Notes: generated by a model from the sequence alone, not told the origin. DNA of 64,000 bases from Callorhinchus milii (GCF_018977255.1 NW_024704743.1:26972001-27036000), one strand, 5' to 3'. Counted from the stretch's first letter, positions 36,945-51,710 are shown. Made by a program: numbers and translations.

Positions 36945-37838
36945 GTGGTAACTGGGTTTGATTCCCGGCAGGTCGAAACGTTGGATCAAATTTCCTTACT
37001 TCACAATCCTCTGTTTACCTAGCAATAAGTAGGAACCGATTGTTTCGCCGCTAAAATTCTTGTTCATGCCTTCATCACATCCAGGCTCAACTGTGCAAAC
37101 ACCCTGCTTGTCGGCCTTCCCAACTCCTCCCTCCACAGGCTGCAGATAATCCAGAACTCTGCAGCCCGTGTCCTCTCCCGCACCAAACTCCGTGATCCCA
37201 TCTCCCCATTCTCGCCCGACTCGATTGGCTCCCTATCCTTCAGAGGATCCAGTTCAAGGTCCTGGTCCTCACCTATAAATCCCTGCACAGCCTCGCCCCA
37301 CCCTACTTCTGTGACCTCCTAACCCCCTATTAACCCTCCTGTTCCCTCCGCTCAGCCGGCTCCGGCCTGCTCCACGTCCCCCGACCCACCCGCCCCAGCA
37401 TTGGCAGAGAGCCTTCAGCCACTCTGCCCCCAACCTCTGGAATTCTATCCCCCAATCACTCCATCTCGTCCCCTCCTTAGTCTCCTTCAAGTCCCACCTC
37501 AAGACCCTCCTCTTCGATCATGCCATCAGCCACCCCCCTTCCCCTTCCCTCCCTTCTCTCCCCTGAACCCTGCTCGGATCTGAAATGCTGTACTCTTTCC
37601 AACGCCTTGGGACATCCTTCCGACATGAAAGGAACTATACAAATGTAATCTTGTTGTTGTTGTTGTTAGTCAATTGGTGGATCGCTTTTCCGTGGATAAT
37701 AATCCCTTCAAAAAATTTTTTTGAAAAATAATGATAATTTGCTGACTTACCCAGAAAATATACAGTCAAATTACTTTACAGTATAATCTGTGAAGCGCTT
37801 TGAGACATCTGGTAAATGCAAGGAATATTATTATTATA
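36945..37838 (+). mobile_element. Older tRNA(Ala) SINE split by an L2 3' fragment (~37050-37667)
   Basis: SINE head and internal segment to ~37040; L2 C-terminal coding region with a type A tail; SINE resumes with ttagtcaattggtggatcgc. Confidence 0.85.
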
Positions 37839-39489
37839 TCTCATAGATTAGGCGGTAGAAATTAGTTGACATAATATTCAGTGGAAAAAGTGGAGAAAAA
37901 CAATACAGTTTCCTTTTTTAACTTGCTAAGCAATCTGCAGCGAATGAAAGTAAGGAATTGTGAAAATTAAATAATTAGACTATTTTTGTTAATAATCCAT
38001 TTGGCACATATCGTGTCACTCCACTATTTGTGAATTGAATGGTCTGGGGCAAAGGCACTAATTTCATCATTGATTTGTTAACAAGGAATATTGACCATTT
38101 AACTTAGGGGCTGATTTTCAGATAATAACTGGGCTGTTAGCAAATTGCATTTGACAGTCATAATCCTGCTGTGTATTTTCAGAAATAAGTGAAAACAATC
38201 AATTGTTAATTTGTTTAAAGGTAGCCAGATGGCTTTTACATAATCTGTGTTATGTGAAAAGTACTATGGTTCATTATTGATGTATAATTACCATATGGTA
38301 TGCAATTAAATTCATTAAGTTACCCTTTTACTGCATCCAAAGTATAAAAGAAATCATGTGGCTGTAGTTTTCAATCTATTTTAATGCCCAAACTCATTAT
38401 TCAATATAAATCTATATTGTTATTTTTAGTGCTAATCTGTTTTGTCTGTGTTAGTATAAAGGAACATAAATTATAATGATAAGAATGCTTCCATTTGATA
38501 CAGCATATTTCATGTCAGTAGGATGTCTCATAAAATTGCTTTGGATGAAGAAGGCCCATCTGATCTCATCTCTCCAGAACATCCACTCTTCCATCCTTGG
38601 ATCACAGTATCAAGCACCTGGGCTCAACCACCCTTCCCAGCTACCCATTCCAATTGTTAATTTCCTTTACCTCTGGGTAAAGAAAAATTTCCAGATATCT
38701 GTCCTGAATTTCCCCTTTACAACTCTGAACCTATGTCCTCTTGGTGCATCCTAAAGTATTGCTTTAGGTTTACTTTTACAATCATATTTAAAACATTTTC
38801 AAAGCACCTCACAGGATGCATTGTACAGCATAACCTGGGGGTCTCTTGGACAGGACACTGGAGAAACTGGAGGCTGAAGGTACAAATACAAATGGCAAAG
38901 AGATGATAGAACAATTAAGTTGGAAATGGAATTGTCAGCTTTGGCACCATCACATTCACGGACTCAGAATGACAATACCGAAGCATATACTGCATCTGCT
39001 ACTCTGTAAATATTTGAGGTTTTATTTTTGCATTGGGGCTAATATATTATGCTATTTACAAGAACACTAAAACAGGCTAGCAGGAACGACAAATAGCCAT
39101 GTTTTGCCCAGAAAAATACACAGTCAATCCGCTTTACAATATATTCTGTGAAGTGTTTTGAGATGTCTCAATGACGTGATAAGGCTCTTTATCAAATGCA
39201 AGGATTTTTATCCAATAGATCCAGATATGCAGTACAATCTAGAGAAAGGTGAAGTTGTACATTTTGTAAAGAACAAAAAGGAAATAGTCCATACATCGTA
39301 AGATTTTAAAAGGAGTAGAAAAGGGAGGAATTTTGGTATCCAGATACATGTCATGAAAGGTGCCATTGAAAGTTGATAAGGCTTAAAATAGGAAAATGGA
39401 ATCCTTGATTTTACATCTTGTGACATAGAATACAAAAGCAAGGATGTAATATAGGATTTGTACAATAAATTACACTTCATTTGGAGTAG

Positions 39490-40140
39490 TGTCTAAGCTG
39501 ACACTCACTGACTGTTTTTTTGAGCTCATTATCCAGGTTAAATGACACTCGAATACCATTTTGGGAGAGTGCTGCATTGTTGGAAGTATCACCTTTCAGA
39601 AGAGACATTAAAATCATAGTCCTGTCTGCCTGCTCAGGGAGACTTTGAGATAACACAGCACTGTTCAAAAAGAGAAGCACATTTCTCATGGTGTCTTGGC
39701 CCATAACACCCATATAAAATTGGTCATTCATTTCATAACAATATAAATCCTTGCATTTGATATAGTAACTTATCATGCTGTCAAGACGTCTCAAAACACT
39801 TCACAGGATTTTACTGTAAAGTGTGCTGACTGTTCCACAAACAGCCATGAAGTGAATGCCCAATTTTATCTGGGGAATTATTGGCCATAACACCAAGATA
39901 AGCTCTCTTATCTTTCGAGTTGTGTAATAGGATCTTTAACATTCACCTGAACAGGGAGATGGGACCTCAGTTTAATATTTCATCTAAAGGACAGAACCTC
40001 CAATAATGCAGCACACTGCCTCAACACTGCACTGACATATCAGCCTAGACTATATAAGTTCAAAGTCCCCACTTGGGGCTTGAACCGACAATCTTCCGAC
40101 TTAGAGGCAAGAGTGCTGTCAAGAGAGCTAGGCTGACACA
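39490..40140. mobile_element. Two old Deu-domain SINEs in opposite orientation (plus ~39490-39740, minus ~39745-40140)
   Basis: Deu core and head motifs are present on both strands. Confidence 0.75.
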
Positions 40141-42045
40141 TAGGCTTTTGATGTATCTCATGATAAGTTTGAAGAAAAGAGCAGAAAAAAAGTTTGTGGC
40201 AGTCTATCAAAAAGAAAAGAAATCATTCTTGGAACAATTGCCAAGGAGATGAACCAAGCCTGGTCACTGGAGATAGGGTTGTCTCATCAATGCATATTGA
40301 TTTCACAACTATAATATTTAAACTATCTTTCATAGCATTGGTAGCATTGTGAGGGCTTGTTTTTCCATTCTGTTCTGTAACAAGATAATCCAACTTTCTA
40401 TCAAATTGCTTCTGGGTGTATGAAAGCAATATTTTGCTTGTTGGTTATCTGGAGCAAGGGTGATCACAATGAGGACAACTGCACCCAAGCTGTAAAGAAA
40501 TCTTGTGAAGAGTAATAGCTTGTGTTAGGAATGACCAATTCCTTCAGTTTACGTATTTACTTTCACCAAAATTTTGAAAAGAAAGATGATCCATATAGAT
40601 AATGGTGAAACTGAAACATTTTTATTCTGACCAGTCAATGGCAGTGAACACCCTTCCTGCCCCCCTCCCCCCCCACCCTCCATCCCCCATTGTTGTCTGA
40701 CAAGGAAGTTATTGTGGTGGAGAATGTTTTACCTTTTGTTCTATGGTACATTTTGGTCTGATGTCTTCTCCTGGGAAATTGGCAGAGCTGAAAAATTAAT
40801 GTCAAGACATACTCATGTGCGTGTATTTTCTTGTCAACTAATGGAAGCCTGTTTAAAACAAGCTCTGTATAAAATAGGATTAAACTCCTACAAAGAGATT
40901 GCTCTTCAGAGTAAAGCACTAATGATGAACTGTGGAAGTTCACTAACTGCTTTTTCCATGTTATTTACAATTATATTCGCAATTGGTAAACGTCCAATCC
41001 TAAATGCAGCTCTTTTGTTGAATGAGAATATAATTCACTTGTAATATAAGAGAAAGATATTAAATGTATGTAAATTGATGGGATGTTGTAAGTCTGTCTT
41101 TCATATCTATTCAAGCTGGTAATAGAAATAGAATAAAATGGATTTATAATGAACTGGATATTATTTTCTTATTTGTTAATTTAAGAAAATAAACAGAAAT
41201 GGCATGTAGATGAATCATATGAAGTAAGGTTTACGCTCAAAATAATTCCACCTATCTGGTTTGAACAGAATATCAAGGGAAATAAATCGCACTGGGTAAA
41301 CTAGATTGGGAGCAGTCCAGAGATTGTACCAAGTGTGTTCTCCCCTTGTGCAATTTCTAATGTGTAACCACATTGTATCCTTTCTGTTCCTAAAAATCAT
41401 TGAGGTGAGTTTACACTTGTAAAATAAATAACAATAATAATCCTTGCATTTCACGTTGCACCTTATCACATCGCTGAGACATCTTAAACCGCTTCACAGG
41501 ATATATTGTATAATAAACATGAAGACAGCATGACACTGAAGACATAAACATGCAGGTTTCCCTAAAGGGATTATCTCATCCTCCATGATAAATCCGAAAG
41601 ACAATTGGTGAAATTTGGGGTGTTAGAGCACAAACACACTGCAAAAGGCCTTCGATTCTTCTTAAACTCTCCTCGGAGCTGAATTCTTGTAGGTCAGGCT
41701 AACATATCTTAGAGGAGATGCTTTTGTGTCCTGAGGCACTAGATGATGAGCACTTTTTCAACATCGTAAAAACAAATGTACTATTCACTGGTTTACACTT
41801 ACAAATCACCTACTTTTTTAAACTTAATGGCTGAACATTAATGTTTCTTAACAGATCTGAAATAACCAAATGCATTTTAAGCCATAGTTTTTAAAATAGT
41901 CTCAACCTCTTCCAACCACAGAACTGAATGGCTTCCAAAAATAATTTATACTCAGAGAGGCAGTTAACCACAACATATATGAGAGCAAAGGTTAGGATAG
42001 CCTGAATGGAGAGGAGCTCAGAGCTCATAAAATTATTGCTATCAT

Positions 42046-42407
42046 TAATAATAATAATCCTTGTATTTGATATAGCACATTATCACGTCTTCAAGACGTC
42101 TCAAAGCGCTTCACAGAATATACTGTAAAGTGAATTGACTATATATTTGTGAGCAAAACACGGCAGCCATTTGCACACAGCAGTGACCCACAACAATCGT
42201 GGATTGAGTGACATTTTTTTTTAGGGAATATTATTCCCAGAAAAGCGATCCGCCAATTGACTAGCAACCGGGTTCCTACTTACTGCTAAGTTAACAGAGG
42301 CATGTGGAATAAGGAAACTTGCCCAACATTTAGACCTGCCAGGAATCAAACCCAGGCCCTCTTGCTTGCGAGATGAGTGCTCTAACCACTGAGCTACAGG
42401 ACTCCAC
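42046..42407 (-). mobile_element. Older subfamily of the tRNA(Ala)-headed SINE, full length
   Basis: Intact head (reverse complement of gtggagtcctgtagctcagtgg), internal segment and tail. Confidence 0.92.
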
Positions 42408-43299
42408 AATGTTTGTATTAAGGGTTTAATAATACTGCTCTAGTGAATCACACCAATGTTATTGATTCACAATGCTCTGATGCAGCACAGACTCTCCCTA
42501 TGCAGCTATAGACACCCACTTAGTGAACAGTTAGAAAATATGGAATAAGAAAAAGCCATTTAGCTCTTCAAGTCCACTTCTTCTGCAGAACACATGAAGC
42601 CTGTCTTATCATGAACTCCATCCTATCCACTATATCTTTTGGAGGCTGGTATTATATACTTACTCCCTGAATCCCAAAGGAAATAAAGGCTCCAGAACGT
42701 TAATCTTACCCATATATCTACTGCTTACTCTGGTTTCCTTTTCTCCACAACTAAAATTTGCCTTTGTCGTCCATAGAATATTTTCTCAACTCAATCTGAA
42801 TTTTTTTTGAAAAAATTAATGAAAATTAATAAGGTTCACAACCAGGTATTGGAGTTTAACCTGTGGTCTGTTACATTTTAGAGCATCCAGAATTTATCTA
42901 ATTCTAAAACACCATTATAATTTTGAACATGATTTTCACTACATATTTTTAAGACTATAGAAAAACAGCTTCAAAATAAAGACTCAGTTCAACAATAATC
43001 AATGAAATCAGTGGCATTCAAATCTCTTTTGTGTGAGATTAAGGTTTTTCACTGTTGAATGGTTACTTTGAGTTGTTTGGTAGAGCTGGAAGAAATTGAA
43101 GTTTATTTGATAACAGTTCACTCAACCTTCATCTGTCAGTTCTCCAGATTGCAAACTGAAGTGTATAAAGTATGATATGCCACTGCAAACTCCTTCCTCA
43201 CTGCATCCAGCTAGCTGCAGTCCATTGCTCCTATGATGATCAATGAGCCCTTGAGGTGAAACTCAGGGGAAAGTGCATCATGTTCAAAAAGACAATAGG

Positions 43300-45090
43300 T
43301 CAGGGAGTAAAGGAAAAATCAAGTTGGCATGAATGACAATGAGCAGAGCCTGTCCAAGGTGAATACTGGCAGCACATATTGTGTCTGCTAGGCTGACTGG
43401 GCAAGCATTATTCTCTGCTCCATGAACATTCAAATGGCCTCTTAAGTGGCTTTTCTGCTTGAAGAAAAGCCATTGACAGCTGTTCAATGCTCATGTACTG
43501 TAGTAAAAAAAGGTTGACTCTATGCACCTCTACAAGGAATATTGCAGTGGATTGTGTTTTGTGAGGAATGAACGGGATAGGGGTCGTGAGAGAGATTTGT
43601 GATCCAATGATCCTCTTTTGCTCGATAGATACTGTTTTTACATGGTCACTATTTAAACCTGTCATGTCTAATTGCACTCTAGGCATTTTTGTCAAAAAAT
43701 GAACATTTGTACTTGGGTAGATGTAGTTCACTAATCAGGTATTCCTATACTAATCCTGCTGGGGATTTCACCCCTGTACAAAGCTACAATAGTAAACGGA
43801 AATAGTCACAAGATCACAAGATTGGTTTGAATGAAGCCCATTTGAGTGAAGGTAAGTGTACCATTGCAATGTGCTGGAATCAACCTTCAATTCCAAAATT
43901 AATTTGAGATGTATAATCACACCAGCAATGAGGAAAACAGATCCTTATCTCACCATACAGTTACTCCACATCATAATGCATGCTTGGTGCCTCTTTCAGT
44001 GTGAGCAGTCTTTTTTGTTCTGGCTGTGGTCAGACTCAGTGCTCAGCTCACCCGTGGAGGCTCTCTATGGGTTTCTTGCATTACTGATTTGCACAGACCT
44101 TCCCAAAACAGCAGGAAAGGTCCAATGGCTAGAAATGTCAACTTTCAAACAACAATATCCAAAGGTGTACATTTGTACTACAGTTGCAGACATCAATCAT
44201 TGTCGACATTCCTGTTGAATCTCCTAACAGATACAATTGGACAAATTCTACTGCACCTGTAGTTTGGACCATTATGGCCCTGGTCAAAGGCCCATAATGT
44301 GCCATTAGAACCATATGTATTTTATTTCTCCACTTAGTCATTGAGAGGTTCACTGTCTATAACATCCCAATCTATTAGTAGAAGGATTGAACACATACCC
44401 AATACAAGGCTATTCCTCTGCCAACAAGGTCAGTAATGAGTCAAATAAATCAATTAGAAGAATACATACCTCCACAATATATCATCAAAGACTACATGAA
44501 GTGACATTTGATCCATTAGATGACTGGGGAATAGATCCAAAAATCACTGCACAGTTTAACAATAGCATTGTTGTCAACAATCTGCCTGCATTGCTGTGAC
44601 TATTCACAGAACTCGGTTACGACATGCCAGTGTGATGGAAATGCAGCAAAGATGCAACATATGTGTAGAGTGCAAGTCTGATCCATTACTAAGTACATAA
44701 TTCAAATAGCCAAACCCAAGCAATCTGAAATTGGGCAGAAGTTTTGTTTTTTCCCCAAATTATCACAGCCAGTCTGAATCACGCAGACATCAGATTCTGA
44801 CACTTCAGAGTCAACAGTAGCAATACATATAGTACTTGCCACACATACTTTATTTTTGACATGCAATATGTTAACTAAGGAATATCTCTAATCTTTTTCT
44901 TTATTGTTAACCCTTCTGATAGGCAGTCAGTTCGCTATTTCAGCCAGGATTGAATGGCACGCCTTGGCTCTATCACAGACCAGCGGACTAACAGTGCATC
45001 ACCAAAAGATAGACGAGTCACCAGAGGCCCAGTTTATCATGGTCTTAGCCTTAAGATCATTGTCTTACAATTCAAAATGTGCATAATTAA
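43300..45090 (+). pseudogene. Highly decayed Ty3/gypsy-like pol fossil (aspartic protease plus start of RT)
   Basis: VNTGSTYCV at 43359 (cf. VDTGS). One frame from 44801 reads HFRVN...FFIVNPSDRQSVRYFSQD*MARLGSITDQRTNSASPK and, after a +1 shift, IDESPEAQFIMVLALRS. This is colinear with gypsy RT HPYRV...LVKKKDGSWRFCVDYRKLNAIT....LPRIDE......A.YF..LDLRS. Cut by a CR1 insertion at ~45115. Confidence 0.55.
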
Positions 45091-45114
45091 GGAAAAGTCT
45101 TTAATTTAATCTTA

Positions 45115-45920
45115 ATTTTAAAGCTGAGGAGGAGGAGGATGTGAATCTAGAATAAAGTTGAAACCTCAGCAAGTTTGGAGTGGAAAGTGTTAATTTTATT
45201 TGCGAGGTGTCACACAGCATAATGTATAGGAAGAAGGAATAGGAAATGCATATGTTCCATGAATGGGATAGAACTTGCCATGTGGAAAACTGAAAGAGAT
45301 CTAGAGGTGTTAGTTGACTCGTCACTCACGATGTCAACAAAGTGAGTCAGGAATAAACAAGGCAAAGAGGATGGTGGGCTATATTGCTAAATAATGCAGA
45401 CATCATATTCAGGCTGTACACTGCTCTGGTCAGGATGCACATGGAATACTGCATACAGTTCTGGTCACTGCGACAGAAAAGGCTGCCAGGTTCCTAGAGG
45501 CAGTGCAGAGGAGAGCAACAAGGATGATCCCCGAGATTAGAGGAACGAGTTATGTACTACAAACTTTGACAAGCTTGTCATGAGATTAGATGACTTAGAG
45601 GAGACCTGAAAGAGGTGTATACAATTTTAAATGGGAATGGAAAAAATAAAACCAGAACAATATTTTACAATACACCAAGGCAGCTGAACAAGAGGACATA
45701 GGTTAAAAGTTGCAAAGGGCAATTTCAGGACAGACACGAGGACACTTTTTTTTGTAAAGGTAATTAATAAATGGAACAGGTTGCCCTGGTTGAGGCCAAA
45801 ACACTACAATCATTTACAAAGCATCTTGATGCTGTGACATGAGTTTGGTAGTGTGAGTGTTCTGAGAGTTGAGATCAGATGGGCCAATCATCCAAACTAA
45901 TTCCAAATTCTTCATCCAAA
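45115..45920 (+). mobile_element. CR1 LINE 3' fragment
   Basis: CR1 ORF2 C-terminal signatures: gatctag..gtgttagttgac, ctgtacactgctctggtcagg, gaatactgcatacagttctggtca, gtgcagaggagagcaacaaggatgat, acaagaggacat. Confidence 0.85.
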
Positions 45921-47052
45921 CTAATTTTGTGATCTTTTTGACATGCAACAATGTACTGCAGAAAAACAGTCCAACTCACAGATCTGACAGGAAACAAACT
46001 TAATCTAGGAGTGGCAGGCAATCTTGGACTCAAACCCAGTCATCAGATTTGGAGACAGCTGCTTCATTACCTGTGTTACCAGGTTTCTACGTTTGTCACT
46101 TTGTTTAAAAAAAATCTGCGAAAATGCAGAATTCTGAACATGAGCCAAGATTAAGCACAAAAAAGTTTGGTGCCAGCCCAACATGTCTGAATTACAAATA
46201 ATAATGTTGAGTTTAGGCCTGGTTTAATGCACATTGCTATTGTTTTAATCAACCAGCTTAGTGCTGAATTGAAGGGAAAACCACAATGGATAAAGAATGT
46301 CTGTAAACATTTCAGTCTTAATTAAATCTGTTGGAAAATAGGAATCATATTAGATAAAGTGGTACCAAGCATCATTAGACACAATTGCGTTAATTATAAA
46401 TGCAAATCTTTTATGCACAATTCTGCAATTATGCCTGTTTACATACTTGCGTATTAAGATTACTCCAAATAAACATGTTATAATCACATTAACATCATTC
46501 CAATGATATTTTGTCTAACAGGGTGTAAGGATTTAATGCTTGTGATGATTAAGGGTTTATCAAGATTATTCTAGTGTGGTAAATGTTTGCCAAAGTATGT
46601 CAAGTAGCACATTAGTGCTGAAATATTAATTTCTAATATGTAATCTTGAAAATTTTTAGATGAATTCTTCTGTGAAGGGCTTTTTATTTCTATACTAATT
46701 GTAAATGGAATTTTGGACAGATATTAAAGCCTATCACCTATGTTAATGACTTTCTGCTCACCTTCTATTTCGGCAACTTTCCATTACGTGCATTCCAAGT
46801 AATCATGCCATATCTGATGGCACAAAGAAAGTACAAATAACAGGCATAAAGAAACAAAGTACAAATAGGGTAAGTAAGATATGGGTCTTGGTCAGAAAAT
46901 TTAGGTATCCTGTGGCAATAATAGTTATTAAAAATTCTTATTGCATTTGAAATTAAGATAATAACAAAAATTACATCGTTGTTCACATTAAGAGGATTTA
47001 TCAAAGCACTTGATAGGATATCAAATCCTGTAGCTCAGTAGTTATTGGATAT

Positions 47053-47376
47053 TGGAGTCCTGTAGCTCAGTGGTTAGAGCACTCGCTTTGCAAGTGAGAG
47101 ACCTGAGTTCAATTCCAGGCAGGGCGAAACCTTGGGCAAGTTTCCTTACTCCACACGCCTAATAATAATCCTTCCAAAAACCAAAGACAATAATAAATTG
47201 GTCATTTGCAATCTACGACTGTTTGTGGGACATTGCTTTGCGCAATTGGCTGCCGCGTTCGCCCACAAATATAGTCAATTCACTTTACAGTGTGTTCTGT
47301 GAAGCGCTTTGGGACGTCCTCCCGACGTGAAAAGCGCTATATCAAATGCAAGGATTATTATTATTATTATTATTAT
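47053..47376 (+). mobile_element. Young tRNA(Ala)-derived SINE
   Basis: Near-identical to 1775-2101; preceded by a partial duplicate of its head (47026-47044). Confidence 0.95.
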
Positions 47377-48139
47377 ATACCATAAAGTATAGTGACTGTG
47401 TATTTGTAGGCAAATACAACTGTCTGTTTGTCTAACTCAGAGGCGAGAGTGCTAACAACTGAGCCAGTCTGACAAATAACAATAAATATTGCCCTTCATA
47501 CAGCATAGCATCTTGGAATGCTGGGTTAGAAACATAAATGACACACTATTTCTGAAATGTTGATAGTGTTGATATTACGGTATAATATTTGCAACCTGGA
47601 TTTGTTATGTCATTTACAAACTGAATCGAAGGTTGAATTCTAGGTTTTCCACTGTAAAGTTAGCAACCGGTTTGACAATGTAACTTATCTTATTTATTGT
47701 TTTGCTGATTCCTACTTCATGTTCTTTGAACATAATAAATGATGAGTCAACTAACATCTTTAGACCTTTTAACTTGAACCTTGATAAATGCTATCCAATC
47801 ATGGATTCCCTTGCAGCCTTCAAGATCCATCTCAAGAACCTCCTCTTCGACCAGGAGAGTCACCTCCTTCCTCTCCTGCCCTCCACAATCCCGACCCCCA
47901 GTGTCCGAAATAATGATTGTTCAGCAACTTGGGACATTCTCCCGATGCGAAAGGCTCTATTCAAATGTAACTTTGTTGCTGTTCTACCTGACATGACTTC
48001 AGAGTGTATATCTGACGGCAATCATTGAAACTGGAACACATCTAAAAGCAACACATTGAACACATTTCAGCACAACCTTGTCTAATTACATGGCTGCCTT
48101 CTTCATCACATCCAATATTTTAGAATTTTAGCAATTACA

Positions 48140-48795
48140 TGTGCCCTCCGCAACATCGCCCGGCTCACAACTGTTTCACACCGCAGGCTGCCGAGACCCT
48201 CATACATACATTCATAACAACCAGGCTCAACTATGCAAACCTCCCCAACTCCTCCCTCCATAGGCTACAGATCATCCAGAACTCTGCAGCCCATGTCCTA
48301 TCCCGCACCAGGCTCCGCGACCTTATCACCCCCATTCCCGCCCGACCACACTGGCTTCCCATCGCACAGAGGATACAGTTCAAAATCCTTGTCCTCACCT
48401 TCAAAGCCCTCCCCTTTCTTGCTCTCCCTTGTCTCTGCAACCTTCTAGCTCCCTACCAAGCTGCCCACTCACTCCTCTCAGTGCGCTCCTGCCTGCTTCA
48501 CGTCCCCCGCCTCGCTTGCCCCACCATTCGTGGGCATGTCTTCTGCCATTCTGCCCCCACCCTCTGGAACTCCATCCTTCAGTTCCTCCATCTTTGCCCC
48601 CTATCTTTCCTCCTTCAAGACCCGTCTCAAGACCCTCTTTTTTGACTATGCTTTCAGTCACCCTCCTTACTCCTCTGCTCTCCACCCTCCCCAATCCAAC
48701 CCCCAGCTTGGGTCTGAAACACTGATTGTCCAGCACCTTGGGACATTCTCCTGACATGAAAGTCACTATACAAATGTAATTTTGTTGTTGTTGTT
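48140..48795 (+). mobile_element. L2 LINE 3' fragment
   Basis: ORF 48139-48645: AETLIHTFITTRLNY...LQIIQNSAAHVL...HWLPIAQRIQFKILVLTFKAL...SAPTLWNS; type A tail. Confidence 0.92.
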
Positions 48796-51710
48796 GGATT
48801 CATTGTGCATCCTATTGGTACTCTTTATAAATAATAAAATAATAATCCTTGCATTTGATACAGCGCTTTTCACATCTTCTAGACATCTTAGAGTGCTTCA
48901 CAAGCATTCAGAGGCACTATCCTGGGTGAAGGGTGTTATATAACTTCAAGTTATTTTGTAGAAAACATTAATTTGGCTGAAATGGTACCAGTCTCACTCT
49001 GGTTAATGAAAGTTGTGGATTGAAGTCTCATATCAGGGCTTCTTGAGTTCCTAGTCTAAACATGTAATTCAGTGTAATACTGATGAGCACTGCATTGTCA
49101 GAGCTGTTGTCCTTATGATACCGAGATTCTGTTCTTGAGGACATTAGAAACTCCATAACACTTATCGAAAAGAGAAGGAAATTTCTCGCCCGCTTTCCTA
49201 GTCAACAATCCTCCATGTGAACAATCCTTCACATTCATCTCACTGCTGTTTGTGGGAATTGCTGTGCACAAATGGCAGTTGGAAAACTTACCACACTCAC
49301 GGACAGTAATTAATTTAAAGTGTCTGAGAAATGTCAATTTGAAAATTTTTTATAAAATGAATGAAATTGTTCGTCTGCTGCTGAGCTCTTGCCTGTCTCC
49401 TGAGATTCCACAACTCCCCTAGTATTGTGCCATCTGTAAATGTTACTAGTTTATGTGAATGCAGATCATGTATGTATAAGGGTAGGGAAGCTCCCATTAC
49501 AAATCCTGAATCCCTAAGGCATCCCAATCAATACTCATCCCACCTCATTTCAATCTTGCTCCCCTCTCAACTGCTATCAGCTTCCTTCCCATCATTAAGT
49601 TACAATTCAAGCCCAAATCTTACACAACCCTGCATCCTTTTGTCTTGCTACTTTGTCATAACTCAAAGTTTTGTATTATTCTGAATTAATATTTACTTGC
49701 ATCTACATGGCACCCTTCATGTAATGGTGAGTTTGGACACGAGATAAGGGGGGAGAGAGAAGTGACTATAGCAGTGGTCAAAGACGTAAATCTTAAAGCA
49801 GGATTTAAAGACAGATAAAGGGGTGGTGAGGAGGAGTGATTGAGGGATTAATATTCTCTATCCCGAGCTTTTTGACTGTGCTTACGGTCCTCTTCCCCCC
49901 ACCCCCGGGTCAGAGTCAGGCTCCGCAACTGTTAAGCGCTCTAAAACGCTACCCTGTGTGGAGGATGCTATATAAGTGCAAGTTGTTGTTATTATTGTTG
50001 TATGCTTTTCTCAGCGTTACCTCTGGAGCCTGGACTGGAGAATTGGACTCATGCTAATAATAAGGTGATTGCACTCCAGTCAAAAGTGGAACTCTAGATT
50101 TGACACAACACACACGTGCATGACTTTTTGTGGTAGCTTGCAGATGTCTTTTACATTAGGCGGTGTCATTTGGGATTAATTCTTAATTATACTTGTAGTT
50201 TTTACAGCAAAGTGGCTAGATTGTGAGCGAGTGTCGGAAACCCATTTCAGAAAGCATTTCTGCAATATCGATACTTGCAGTTGTCAGGAGAGACAAAGTA
50301 CTAATTTACAAGCAGATTTACATATAACAAGACAAACTGTGCAGCTTTTACGCTTCTCAGTAAAACCAGCATGTCTCGTATTCCCCTCCCTTTCTGACTG
50401 GGTTGCATCCTCAAGGTTTGTAAGGGCTGCAAACTGGGTTCAAACATAATCTGTACATTCAGAATGAATCATATATTGATCTGACTGTGTCATATTATGA
50501 GTAAATTTCGCTTTCCCGTCAACAGTGATAAATTGTCTTGGCATTAGTATCAAAACAAGCGCAATGAATTTGCATACAATTAGTTTTGTGTTGTAAGTTT
50601 GTATTGAACTTTATGTTGGGAAGGCAGGTACCTAGAGCTGAGACCTGTCAAAAAACGTACCGGCTTGTTGGGGGTTGATGACTTTCTATTCTAAAAAATT
50701 TCACCTGAACAAATTAAGTACAATCTCTATTTGGATTTTAAATATAGTTTTCAGCTGCTTGAAGGTTATATAAAAATCAGTAAAACTTTACTTTTTTACT
50801 TCTCAGTTACTAACTTCCAGCATGTTTCCTTTTTATTTAAAGGTGAAAGCTGTGATTTCTTCATAAATTTATATGTCGACCTGGCTCAGTCTCTCTGTGA
50901 GTTCAAGCCCCATCCTAGCACTTGGAATTCATATCGTCTGCGAAGCATTTCAATGCAGTGCTGGGGGTGTGCTGTACTATTAGAGGTGCCTTGGATGATA
51001 TGTTGAATCTAGCTCCCTTCTGCTTGCTCAGATGTTAAATATTCCATTCAAAATTCTATCTAAAAAGAGATGGGAGTTTCTCCTGGTCAACAATCCTACA
51101 AATAAAATGTGCCATTCACTGTGAGGCTGCTTATGGGATATTGCCATAATTAAAATTGGTTTCATTTCCCTACAGAATACAGTCACTGAACTTTCCAGTA
51201 TATCATTTGAAGCGCTTTCCTCGTGACATAAAAGGAGGAATGTAAGTATTGTTATTACAAAATATATTATTATTATGGTTGATATGCTCCCTGAAAATTA
51301 TGCTGTAATAAAGTCTTCCTTTTTCTTCACTTTTGTGTGTAATATGAGTATATGGCATTTCTGCAGTATAAAACTCTGGTAGAGGCTTAGGTTGTTTGTG
51401 TCACCTTTCAGTCATTTATACCGCTGGTTAATTACCTCCAAACCCAGAGAGGAATCATCTCAGTCAATGACAGGTGTACTTGTCATGCTTGAGAGAACTT
51501 GCTTTACAACTTGGGGAGATCCTTTATTGTCTCTGGTCTTTGGTGGGCTTCAGTCACCTCACTTACCTCTTTGTTAATCATTTCCCTTACGCTTTTCATT
51601 ATCAAGTTCAGATCAACCACAGCATACAACCGATGATACAAAGAATAGATTATTTAACATGAAAAACGATTTTGCTTATTAATAATTATTGCATTTGATA
51701 TGGCACCTAT

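Noticed and set aside
44010..44090. Retroviral env-like FWL(C)G motif
   Set aside because: It requires an ad hoc frameshift and lies between the protease and RT motifs, which is the wrong position for env.
51567..51591. 25-nt minus-strand exon ending GAG|gtaagt
   Set aside because: The donor is good, but the acceptor is purine-rich with no pyrimidine tract, and it does not join in frame with the other minus-strand candidates.
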